A stretch of 62,073 nucleotides of DNA, counting the filler, from Choristocarpus tenellus KU-1152 (Eukaryota > Protista > Phaeophyceae), in the NCBI GenBank assembly GCA_964200185.2. It is 11 parts of 11 records of this genome, joined end to end, with 100 filler letters (N's around TTAATTAATTAA, not from the genome) between each part and the next. Parts side by side here need not be neighbours in the genome. Positions count along the whole stretch, not along the records: positions 37,595 to 51,534 come from CAXNAD020001318.1; positions 51,635 to 62,073 come from CAXNAD020002930.1; 9 more parts are not named here. The stretch is one strand, 5' to 3'. Below are positions 49,975-62,073 of the stretch, piece by piece (the first letter of the stretch is position 1; each line of letters opens with the position of its first letter). The translations under genes were made by a program, and so were the position numbers. The notes under the pieces are model-generated. The model was not told the origin of the DNA. It saw nothing but the letters and a program-made list of their open reading frames with translations, and searched no databases.

Positions 49975-51634
49975 TTTTCGAGGATGGGTCTAGGATCCCT
50001 CAGACTAATTGTGACGAATAATAAAAATGAAAATAGTAAGAAGAAGATTGAATGCAATAGTAGTAATGATAATAGTAATACCCTCTATCCACCCCACGAA
50101 TATTGTAGCTCAAAGAAAAATAAATTTCATCAATCTCTCTTTCAATAACCCCCCTCGATGGTGCTATTTTCTTTTTGTATGCCTTGCATGCCCACAACAT
50201 GCATACTCTTGCCTCCATTATCAATTCCAAACATTCTCCCTCCATCGCAAAATTGGAATGCTGTAGGTACCCTACCGATCAACAAGTACAATTTTATCGA
50301 TCCCTGCTCTGCAAATATTTCCACAAACACACTCTCACTTTCTTGCTTGTCACCGTGAGACAAACCAACTAAGAGGGAAGCAGTCTGCATTTTAAGGGTG
50401 CCCGAAAAAGGAAAAAAATATGAGATTTTGTACCATTACAGAAAGAGCCTTTGCTTAATTGTGGTGTCACTTTGTGTGTGGACAGGGGAATATAAATTTT
50501 GCGTACACTATTTTGCACATAAAGCAAAGAAATAGTGTGTTATTGCACAGGGTATGAAAGACGGATTGAAATGCAAAGGGGTCCAAACCTGCCTACCTCT
50601 CAATTGGCTTTGCTCCGTATCCATCAGAAACAATTTACCACCAGCTCCACCATCATGACACCGATGAAGAAGAACTTCAAACTTTGTACCATGCCCTCAA
50701 CGTAGATATCATCGATTGGTCTTACCATTGCACGAAGTCCCCGCACATAGTGATATTCGCTTGTAAGTGCTCTGAATGCTTACAACAATACTACCTCTAT
50801 CATGAATTCTGTACATGCTACGTGTGTGCGTGTATCCTCCATATCAAAATCAGCACTCCACCCTAGTCAATCTTATCAATTCCCTGCTCTGTCCATAGCC
50901 CACCCATACATGCTCCAATTTCCTTACCACACTGAATTAATCCGAATTCACCACCTGCAGTACCAACAGACTGATGGGATCTCTGTCATTTCACGAGATT
51001 GTGGCCGACTCTGCTGTTGTCTGAATTGGTCACTGGAAGCATTTAGAGAACAATGTTACAATAACTACATGAGAGAATGGCCTTCCACCACAACAATCGT
51101 GTGTAGGCAGGCCTTGCATATCCAAAGGGACTATTTTGGGGGTTGAAGCTAGGTGGCACTGCCAGCATCTCCCTGTGCACTCTACAGGATCATCAACAAG
51201 CATATAAGTGAGAGGTAGGATATAACTTCTACCCATGGTGGGGGGGGTTGGATACTCTTTCTATAGTGGTGTTAAACTGTGGGCTTCCGATGATGGTGAC
51301 TATTCTTAAGTGTAATGGTGTGTAACATGAAGTTATTGCAATGACCCTCGTCAAAATAGCGGTGCTCGGTGTTTGACAATACGCAGTTACATCTAAATAT
51401 CACCTTGATGATAAGCTTGTTCCAATCCACATCGATTGTCTCTTTCCATCCTCCTTTGGCCGGGTTCACTCTACCCCTCCGTTAGCACCCCCCACAGCCC
51501 GCCCTTCGTCTGTTTGTGTCTTATGCATTTTAGCNNNNNNNNNNNNNNNNNNNNNNNNNNNNNNNNNNNNNNNNNNNNTTAATTAATTAANNNNNNNNNN
51601 NNNNNNNNNNNNNNNNNNNNNNNNNNNNNNNNNN

Positions 51635-51728
51635 CGTTGGATGGATAATGTAAATGCACTTTTCCTGATTTTAGGTCAAATGGACACCCTGGTGTAGACC
51701 CCCTCTTCCTCCCCAGATATGTTTGGAC
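51635..51728 (+). mobile_element. MITE family A, right half at contig start
   Basis: GATGGATAATGTAAATGCACTTTTCCTG...CAAATGGACACCCTGGTGTAG...CCCAGATA. Confidence 0.85.
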
Positions 51729-52615
51729 AAGAGGTAGACAGATACACTGGCAACATAGGTGGGCATAAATTGAGGGTCGGAAATGGTATTACGTAGCTCC
51801 CAGAGAGTATCCTATTTAAGGACACGAGGAACATTCGGATGCAAATAATGTCCAAACATTGTTGAAATACTCAATGACGATGAGGATGACCATTACAACT
51901 CACGTAATGTTCATTATATGTATGGCCGTGTGCTGCTATTTGCTTTCATCAATATCTACCACAGCAACACATGTACCACCACCACAACTAATAGTACTAC
52001 TACTGACTGCTACTGCTTCTTCTATGTCTATCATGGTTTGTTGACTGGTTGGAGGAGTGGAGGGAAAATTGGATGGATTAGGCGCATGACCTCTGCAATG
52101 GAAGAGAATGTCTAGTGTCATCTCCTTCCCCATTGCTCCAGTGCCTTCGCCATTGCCCTCATGACTTTTTTATCTAGCTTAGATGCATGCCGTCTCTTTG
52201 CATGACTCTCCATACCCCCATCTTTTCTCCACCACTGTTTCCCACCATTCTTTATCTGCCTGCTACCCCATTATCTCTTTCTCTCTACAAACTCTTTCTA
52301 CATGACAATTCTACTAGCTTTGTGCTTCTCCCAAAACTTTGCTATGCTAGCAGTACCTTCCTTCTCCAGTAGGATGTTAGGGGGGCAGCGCTTTTAACAC
52401 CAATGGATACTGGGAGCACCGCTCAGCGATGACCACACAAAGACACAGCATCTCCATTTTTCTAGAAATGTACAGTAGACTGCCAACAAACAATGCATTA
52501 CTTAGAGTTTTTTTTAGAAACGGGTGCAGGGCCTTTTTATTACTCTCTTCCATAGCTTAATCTTTGAAAGATATGTTCAATCTATTTCCCTAACTACTGC
52601 ATCTCTTTATCTTAC

Positions 52616-55600
52616 CTGGTCTGCCGGCATGATGATAAAATCTCCCACCCTGACCATGGCATGTAAAACATACACCTCCTCATTCAAGCTCCGGTCAAGT
52701 CTAAACAGTGGGACATGGAAGGGTGTAGTTGGTAGGTGCGATCAAGCGGTGTACGTGTCAATCACGATTGTTTCAGCAAGACTTTATGGCAGGATATATA
52801 TTTGGTGGGCTTACCAACACTGGCGAGATACAACATCTAGGCGGGCAGGCATTCCCCTTGGCCACGGTTTGCATTTATGTGTTTTTCAAGTTATCAACAC
52901 CAATACATAAAACTCCCTCAACATGTCATCACCCGTCCTCAAAGTGAAAGAAACGCAACAGTGTGCAAAACAATGCAGTAATACCTTCTTTGGTTTGCTT
53001 TGGTTATTGACACCTCTAGCTCCCACCTGATACCTGAAGAAGTAGGCCGTTTCCGAAATTTCTTCACCTTTCCGCACCTCACCCTCTCTCCATTTTCTAA
53101 CAAAGTATAAGTATTTCCTTCCTGTGAGGATTTCACCCTGTTTCCATTAACCAAGTTGCATTGTTCTGTTGGTGAACGCACAGGGCTAACTCCTCTTTTG
53201 GTGGAGCTATTACTTTGCACCACTGCTCCACTATTCACTTCGTCTACCACCTCCAGACTCCTGCCATGTGCTTCTTCACCACTTACTCCACCCCGTGCGC
53301 CTGTTCTGTCCTGGCATTGGCCTTCGGAGGACATGTTACCAAAATTGTGAATCAATGACTTGGAGCTGCTGCAACTGGTATGTGTCTTGCTGTACAGTGA
53401 AGGTGCCTCGGTGATTGCTTCCATCTCCTTGAGGTCCAAGAGCTCCAACAACTTTATTAGAAGTTTCGGAGAGGAGCACATAGTATATTGTGGGAAGGGG
53501 ATCTCAAAAACGCTTCACAGACGATGTAATTTCTCAGCACATGGTGTTCAGGATAGAAGAAGGCGATAAGAGACACATCAAATATGGCAAGGAGAAGCGG
53601 TGGTGAGTTCATGTATCATTCCTAGAAAAATCGTGTGCGAGGGGGTGAGATTGATCATTCCTTGGAATAGCAAAACTCCAAACTGCCCCAGTGAGAGGTG
53701 TTGATGTGAAACATGAACTATGCGGTAGGTAAATGTTAGCAATGGATTCTGCTCAGAGCAGCAAACTGTCTCCTGGCATTACGATAACACGCTGTTGGTC
53801 ACAAATCCAGTCATGGGGTAAAGACAGTAAGAGTTCAGTCTATTAATATCTTACCTCAATAGTATTGGAATAGTTTGCAAAGAAACTACAATAGAAATGT
53901 GTCGCTCTCCTCCTCACTCACGTTGCAAAATGATTACTTTTTCATATGTGCTACACTCGGTGAAACTGCCAAAGCAGCTACGTTGATGAAAAAAAACAAG
54001 GCCAAGAGTGATGTTTAGGGGATACGGTCAGGGAATGTCGCAGTGCAAATAGGCACTAATGTCTCTAGGTCTAACATCGGCATTCTATCAGTCAAGTTTT
54101 AATGATTTCTTCCCATACTTGTCCCCTATGCCGTTGAAATTTGACTACTACTATGATATTAACAATAATACTCTTGGCAGGATTTCTAAAGATGTATTAT
54201 AATTCATACTTCAGTGCCAATTCGAAATTTTTTTGTCCGAACAATGACACCAAATGTGATTTGTTCATAACACGTCTTACGTATTGAAGTATTCATAGCT
54301 ACATCGAGTGTGGTATGTACTCCTTCTATTTCCTGGTTTCTTCAGCGTGGAGAATTCTATGTCAACAGAACCTGGTTTACTGCCACCTAGGTTACACAGT
54401 CAGGAGTTTAAATTACAATATATAATAAGAGCGACATGCTGGTTTCAGACACATGTATGATAGGGAGATAGGAAATCCCACCATAATCAACTAGCTCTAT
54501 CCAGCAGCAGACGTACAGAGAGTACAGCCAGCAATTCGTAATTCACGAGTATCTTTTTGTCCCTTTCCTCCCCGCAGTGTCCTTTGCCAGCACACTCATG
54601 AGCACACCTGGTTGAAGCGGCGTTCACTGATAGGTTTAGTGCCAGGTAGCGAGCGCATAGTGGACACGTAGTCGAATCGGAGTCTCCCCTTGTCTGGCAT
54701 CTTGATAAACCAAGGTCCATCCAGGCCACGGGATAGTGGTTTCCCCATGAAAGTTTCGTTCCTAAAGTTGTTCCAGTTACCCCTCTGAAGGTGAGAGAGG
54801 GTGTGTACAGATGTAGGTGTAAATGCGACAAAATTGAACATTTCTTATTGAAACATACCCTTTTTTTTATGTGACGATAATAATACACTTTTTTCTTGTT
54901 GAAAACATGTGTATGTTTTTGGGCTGTTTCTACCCAAATGTAAATAGAAAATATCTGCACAATGATTTAGAGGTTTCTGTCTATTATTTCATCACGCCCA
55001 CCCTCCAATTTCCTCCTTCATAACATGAAGATATTGGAGTGAGTGTGTCCTGTGTACTTGTGCCTATGCCTATCCAATGAATGCTCTAATCATGTGCTTT
55101 TAGGGGTAGTATGCACACCACTGTATCCTCCAAAGAGTGCCTCTTGCTCCTACCGCCTTCTCCATTTTAGCACACAAAAAACGAAAGTATCACAAGCACA
55201 CATATATAGATCAGTTACTAGAACTGTTGCTCACCGCTCCCGACTCTTTATACCTGACTATCTCTAGCCTAGGCGTGGGGCCTTTCTGGGATTTGACAAT
55301 TTTTTAAATATTGGTTTTGTAACACAAAAGGAAGTTATTCAGAAAATAGACAAGCAACGTCCTCAAAAACTTAGTCGGAGTACATTGTGTGTGCTATGTA
55401 TGGATATAATATATCTACCCCGAGTCTGTCAGCTGGTGGGTTGTTGTTTGGATCAGAAACTCTAAAGACAATGCCTGGTATACTTCCATTTGTATCCCTA
55501 GGTTAGGTATAACTATGTCAATTCTGATCAGTAGATATTTGTGAAATTGGCTTGGCCGTTTTCTTGGTTATTTGTGAAATTAATGAACTGAGAGCTTACC

Positions 55601-58600
55601 AAATTGTTACGGTTCACAACACCAGATGGAGGGATCTTTCGTTTTTGCATTGCCAGCAATTAATATCACAGGATCATATCATTCCTTCGACATCAATTTT
55701 GCATTAATTCTCAGCAGAGTTCTGGGATGTTTCTGGATTAGTTGGCTGTCCATCTTAACCAGTGATCCTTTTCTTGTTGCTCATTAGCAGAATTGAGAAG
55801 GCACCCGTCAAATCCTCCTCTGCCTTAATATCGATGTCAGTATGTATATTCATGTTAGTTTACTACTTGAAGTATGTAGAATATGATTTTTATTTTATAT
55901 CATATAGAGAGGATAAAGATTTTTGTTCACACCTGACTTGTGTCTTGTCTACCTGCAGCCCCATATGCACATGCCAAATACTCTGTGTTATTCACCATGG
56001 AAATGCTCTTTGCTGCTGTCCGGTGACGTTTATCGGAAAGGTCAAGGCTATAAAACCCGGTGGGATTGCCCACCAGAGGGCCCCATGCCTGATGTGATGT
56101 GGGGCACAAGGAGCAGGCGATTATGTGGATTGGGAAAAGCGCGTCCCAGCAATCCCATTGGAAGGCATGTGGAGAGGAAGGTGGCAAAAGGGGGGCGGTG
56201 ATGTGTCATGTGCAACACATATTTGACGTGTTCTGTGTTCCAGGTGTGTTCTATAGAGAAGTGATAAATATCAAGCAAGTAGAATGGTATAAACTTCCGG
56301 AATGAGTGCCACTCGATCGAAAATGGCATCCACAAGGGTCTGCCCATGCATGTGCTCTCGTACAGTTCTTTGAATAAATATTTAGGATACATACCGTCAG
56401 CACCATGGAGAAAACATTGAGGATCCACTAAGTGAACCACACACAAAACACAACACAAACACGTACAACGCACACAAAACACGAGCAGTATGTCTAAGTC
56501 AATGCTTTCCATAGTTCTATTTTTGTTCCAACCCCTGAAGATCCGTCTGATAACAAATACAAGCAAGCACACAACACACCTGGCCCAACCTGTTCCTAAG
56601 CTCAAGCTTTTCCTTATATGAAAGGTTGTTTTCCAAAAGGGAAACAGCGTTTCTTGCTGATGCCATCTGTGGTTTAGGTTTAGGGTTAGGGTTACTTCTT
56701 GTGGATTGTGGTGGTCACATCCCCTGAGGATATCAGGATTTCATAAGCAAGGGAGGCGGGGGACAGGTTGTATGGATCGGCGTGGATAAGCAGCGGTGTT
56801 GGTGATTTAGGACATGTTAGCAAAAGCAAGGTTAGAGTGAGAAGGGACAGATAGGGGACAGACATTGCAGGAGAAGTGCATTCTGTTGGCTCAGTGATAC
56901 ATATATGGACTATTTTAATGGTGGCATACTATTTGAGGTGTAAACATCGTTTTGGTACCATGGACCGTATCCTTTTGATACTACTCTTTCACTTTATATA
57001 TTTTTTTACCATTATGATATCTTTTCAGGACTCTTTGGTTACTACTGCATATTTTATGTTGATGCAGCTCTATCTTGACCAGTTCTCATTAGGACTTGTT
57101 GTGCAAAACATTAAAGTACCAAGAAAAGGTATACACAGCTGTGGTTGTTTCAACAGGAGACGTTGGTCATGACCCATCTATTGTAGGTGAGTGGACTGTT
57201 GATAATCTGCAGAGACCTGTAGCATTGAAGATCGAGGTGCTATCTTGAAACGAACTTGATTATCATGGGCCACAGATGACTGCAATTGCCCCTCTTCTGG
57301 GAAATAAGTCGAGGTCTTACATGAGATCCTTGCTGGATTGACATACGTTTCACCTCTAGATTTTTTATATCTGTAACTTGGAGGCAATTCAAGTACTGAA
57401 GGGGTCCAGAGTTGATGCAAGTTCCACAGTGGTCATGGTGGAACTCCTCCGGAAGTCCTGTGCAAAAGAAATGGGTGCAGTCACACACACCTGGGGCAGA
57501 AGTACCTCCAAGATGCTGACGAGGTTTATTCCATTGTTCCACTCATCAACAATAGCTTGTGCATTTAAACTAGTCATGTAGAAGTCGGTGCCCTGCAGGG
57601 CTTAGGTCGTTGGGGTGAAGCAACAGAACCATATGAGTATGTGTCAAACAAGGGTGATGGGCCTAGACGAAGGGTTCATGAATATCAATCGTTGACATGC
57701 GCAACATCTGGATAGAAGCAAGAGAAATCTAAACGGAAATAGTAAGAGGTTGGCATTCACATGGAAAAGCACTAACAACATCACCAGACATCCATGGACA
57801 ACAAAATCACAAGTCTTTTCGATCGGTGTCTTTGATCCTCCCCACAGGTCTGTGATTCCACATCAGACCTGCCTTCATTGTCGTGGGTTCTCCTGACTTC
57901 CCTGCTTGCTTCTTACCTCTGTTGCAAGCTGAAACATATCCAATTTGTCCTGCTCTGTTTCAGCTGAAAACCGAATGTTTGATATTATTGCTTCTACAGC
58001 TTCCTCAGTAGCAATCTCCACCAGAGAGGGGGCAACACGGTCTGCAATGAAAGTACATCTGAATCGCCCCTCCCTGCATATTATTCATGTTTTTTTATCA
58101 GGGTTAGAAGATGTGGAAGTGTATGCATAGGTGTGTCTAGTTGTGGATAGAAAGTGTTGTAGAGGTCAAAAGGCTAGGTGGGGTTAGTATTCCGGTAGCG
58201 GTCTTTGTTTCAACACAGTGGTTGAACCCTCACCACAACTGATTAAAGATACACAAATACATGAACCTGAGGAATCTCTGTAAGAGGATTTGGTCAACAG
58301 TAGTCAATATACTATTATAATTCTTGGTGCATTCTTTCTCTTTCTTCCTCTCCACCAGGTCCCACCCTTTGTAGACACACCTGGGAACTTCCCATTTCTT
58401 GTTGCTGAAGCCTTCACACAGAGCCCCCTGAGTAGGAAAGGCCTGCGCCCCAAATTCATGTAAGATTAAATCAATGAACTCACCCGTTTCAATTGTGCCG
58501 CTCCGGTCAATATCATATCTATTTGTATGAGGGCAGGTAGGAAACGATAAGCTTGTGGGGTTGCGAAGGCCAAAAGTGTCCGATTTTGGAAGAGTAAATC

Positions 58601-61600
58601 AAGTGTTGTAGGATGATTGAGCTTTGCTAAGAACTGCCACACAATATCAATTAATAGAGCACACACGAGGTGTTTGTTGAGACTCAAGCCCCACCACTAT
58701 GCTTGCTAATGAACCTCTGCTATTTCGTTCACTTAGTGACTCCTAAGTGCTTGTAAAAATGTTTTAATATTGTTGTTTGTGCAATGTGATATGCTTTCAA
58801 GAGGCTATTGAAGTGTAAGGTAATATAGTAGAGATATGCACAATTTTCACAACAGCACCGATATCCACATCTTCATAGTCCTGACCCATGCGTTCACAAA
58901 TGACACCACCATACACACCACACCTTGCTAGAGAGTGCTTGGCAAGACTCTCGGGTATCTCCGTCCCCAACTGGTACATGAGGCCAATAAACTCGGACTG
59001 GTCAATGCAACCTGATGAATCGATGTCTGCCGCTGCAAATACCAGCTCAAACACATACTTGGCAAATTCGAGTGAATTAGGATTGGTGCCAGGTGGATGA
59101 TCATAGCTAATGCCAGGGCTGCTGTCTCCAGCAGTCAGTCCAGGGGAGTCATGCAATTGGCTAAACTGAAGACTTAATCCCTCCGACTTCACAGTCTCCT
59201 CCATGGAGGGTCTATTAGAGATGGCCACAGTTGGCAATAGTGCAAGAACAAGCACAAAGGGGCATGAGGAAATCACAGAAACTGAGGTAAGGGGCCACAG
59301 GGGCAGGTGGCAGTAGAACTCCACTGGTACACCAATGTTTTCATGATCTAAAGAATAATTTAGGACAGCAGTTGCGCTGGAGGTGGAAAACTAGTCGAAA
59401 AACATATCACAGAACTTAGAAGCTAGTACGGATTAGGTAGATGCTAGCATTGAGTGATAGTCCATACTCTTCTTCTTGCATTGTGGAGATGGAAAGATAT
59501 GGTTGCCACTGTGCTCCAAGATGCACTGATTGTAAATTGCAAAATAAGAGTAGAAAGGAACAGAATATCCATCAACCCAACCCTAATCAATGTGTTGTAA
59601 TAGTCCTCTAATGCATGTTAGAAGCTATAGGGACGTGCTTGGACCTTCAAGTGCGATAAGATCGTGCATCATGGTTACAACAATTGCAGTTGATTGTTGA
59701 AAGAAGTGCAGTCTACACCCTCAGCATGTATTCACCTTCTCGGGGAACCGTTGCTGTCCGAGTCTCCTCTCACAATGCTCGATTCATCTCCGATCTCAAG
59801 TTCCCTCTCTTGCCTTCTCCTAACGTTGAAAGAGTGGCAGATCCTGGACGAAAGGGAGACCGGACTCCAACTGGGTAAGTTGTGCTACTAGCAGAAATTT
59901 TCGTGCACGAACTATCTTCTGCATCTGAGGAGAAGATACGGTGTTAGTGATGGTGGAGAAAATGCTCACAAATGAGTACAAGATTTCATGTTCGCACCAT
60001 CGATACGGCTGCTCACGCTCTGGGGGCCGTTTAGCCTTGTACACTTTGTAACATTGGCAGTGTGCTCACCCTTTGGTTCAATGTAGAACCAACCCAATCG
60101 AACGCTTTCCGTTAATCAAATTTTCGTTTGTGTCAAAGCTCCTATTGCTTTGCAATGCTAACAATCACAAAAACGGCCTCCAAAGTTCAGTGGAACGATC
60201 AGAGTGTTTTCATTTTTTGTCAAACAAACCCCCGTGAGCATGATGTGCCTACTGAAAAAACATAATGACATTGCCATTATAACGTTTCCCTTACTCTGCC
60301 TTGAATTTCCCCTCAACAGCTGATCCCCTTGTGATGGACATTTACTACAGCAATCTCCATCATGGTCTCACTTCCTCTCACCTCTTCTCACTCTCTTAAG
60401 CCTTCTCACCTCCTAAGGAACCCTGACTTGGGCTCGAGACCCAGCTCAAAGAAGAATTCATTTAGATCTTCAAGGAGGATATCTTGTTTACCCTGCCCAA
60501 ATGTGGTTTTCATTATTGCCATTGCCACAGGTTTCCATTTCCCTCCTCCTCTGGCTCCAAGGACGGACTTGGGACTACCATTATTAACCTCAGTTGGCCC
60601 ACGGTTAAAGGTGAGATTCTTCCATGATCGCTGGTGATGGGTACAGAGAGGGCTTGAGAATGGAAGTCTGTGGTGAGGAAAAGGAGGCCCTTGTGAAACC
60701 AAAGTTACAACCGATTACCTCTACTAATGGGGTTAATGGTCTGCCCGAAGTAATGACCATAATTCGGAGTCTCTTCTGTTGTTGATCCCTCCGGTGTAGC
60801 AAAAGTCCAAAGGAAAAAACAGAAGCCGGTAGCACAAACCAGCAGGTGTTCACTATCAGGAACATGGAATTGTGATCAGAGGCACAATCTGAAGTCTGAG
60901 GTCGAGGCATAGGATAGTTGATAAGTGTGTTGGTGTTTTGACTAGGACCTGTAACACCAATATTTCTTGATTAAGTGTATGGACCAAAAAAAAAAACTTG
61001 CCTCCCCCTTGATTAGTAACTCAGCATCCTTCATCTCACATCCGAGCCGACGATTTGCCATTTCAGTCAGCATCCGTGCCACCATGTAGTCATATGGCTC
61101 TTCAAGGCTGAGGTCATAACTTGAACCAATGGTTAAGCCCAGTGGAGTTGGTGTGGAAGCGGAACATTGTGTCACATGGTCAAATAATGGAAGTATAGGA
61201 GTAAGATTGACACTGGGACTAGCTACAAAATATAACATTGCGCGTCAACTCATCTAGCCTCGCTGCGCAACGAATACCTTGAAGCACTGTTTGAAAAAGG
61301 ATCAGGAGCAAGGGCCACTTCCGCAGTATGAGAAAAAATGCATTTATTTTAGTTATCGATGAAAAAAGATTTAAAAAAAAAGTGTTTTGCTGTATGAGTC
61401 TGTGATCAAATTCAAGAGAAATGTAATGGAAGTAGAGTAGACCAAGGGAAGTGGAAGTGAGTGGTAAGGGGTACCGATGTCTTGACAATCTCCAAATGTT
61501 GAGCTCAAACCTTGTTGCTTGCTGCAGCACAAAGCTCTCTCAGACTATGCAAATATTTTTTTCACCCTTTCCACTCACCTTCCTGATGGTTTGTACATGT

Positions 61601-61758
61601 CGAAAAGTCCACTTACTTCAGATCCCAACTCACAACTCTGCATCCCCACCAGCAGCTTCTTGTCAACAAAGCAAGTCCGCTGGCGGAGGGCCATGAAGAT
61701 GGCTCGAGCCCCCATATTGGTCACATTGTTGTGGTTCATGTCCAGTCTGGTCAGTGAT
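52616..61758 (-). CDS. Large LRR + paired EF-hand protein with YxLDL repeats (uncharacterised protist family), partial, 13 exons
   Basis: Exons: 61758-61579 (LRR SLTRLDMNHNNVTNMGARAIF), 61119-61002 (YDLSLEEPYDYMVA; GC donor), 60630-60410, 59843-59736, 59211-58924 (EF-hand DIDSSGCIDQSE), 58518-58381 (EF-hand DIDRSGTIETGE), 58073-57917, 57592-57491, 56666-56580, 56088-55933 (GNPTGFYSLDLSD...DTSQ), 54784-54608 (RGNWNNFRNET...GRLRFDYVST), 53451-53027, 52700-52616. Every junction is phase-consistent. Confidence 0.88.
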
Positions 61759-61841
61759 CTTTGATTGATGGCGGGCCATGAAAGGGAGACATAGGGAGGT
61801 TGGGGAGGGGGGAAATTTGAGTTGGTTGGTACTATACCATG

Positions 61842-62015
61842 GACCCAACGTATCTGGGGAGGGGAGGGGAGGTATACACCAGGGTGTCCATTTGGCCCAT
61901 AACCAGGAAAAGTGCACTTACGTTATCCATCCGATGTACACAACCAAATCACCCCAAAATCGCGACATGAAAAAAATTGACCCCAAATGGACAGCCGCCC
62001 CCCCCCCCCCCACCC
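61842..62015 (-). mobile_element. MITE family A, inverted copy with one end lost in a poly-C tract; intronic
   Basis: GACCCAACGTATCTGGGG...AAAATCGCGACATGAAAAAAATTGACCCCAAATGGACAGCC. Confidence 0.88.
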
Positions 62016-62073
62016 CCACCTTCTCACCCCCACCGCCCCCCACTCCTCTCTCCCTCCCATTATTCAAAACACC

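Noticed and set aside
50600-51470. Possible minus-strand exons (…VRPIDDIYVEGMVQSLK…)
   Set aside because: No phase-consistent model could be built and no convincing homology was recognised.
56290-56370. Possible extra exon of the LRR/EF-hand gene
   Set aside because: Exons 56666-56580 and 56088-55933 already join in frame and give the expected motif (LGQAWGPLVGNPTG).

Overview
This is eukaryotic DNA, not a continuous locus. Eleven short contigs are joined by ten artificial 100-bp spacers (N44-TTAATTAATTAA-N44). Spliceosomal introns, interstitial TTAGGG repeats and the protein families seen suggest a stramenopile, most likely a brown alga or close relative (inference). Multi-exon genes rebuilt by hand with consistent splice phases: (1) the 5' part of the mitochondrial ABC transporter ATM1/ABCB7, head-to-head with an unknown gene; (2) a GT2-like glycosyltransferase; (3) a complete but divergent complex I subunit NDUFS5; (4) a 13-exon LRR/EF-hand protein with one GC-AG intron; (5) a probable SDA1 exon and several weaker hypothetical genes. 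Non-coding DNA is dominated by transposons: a high-copy ~180-bp MITE family (10 copies or fragments) with 3-bp target-site duplications (TSDs), a related 259-bp family with the same terminal design and an internal hairpin, Stowaway-like MITEs with a decayed plant-type DD39D mariner, and Gypsy/Copia remnants. The best leads are this two-family MITE system, a candidate sense-strand miRNA hairpin in an ATM1 intron, and the Stowaway/DD39D pair. All calls come from reading the sequence and recalling motifs; no database search was run.
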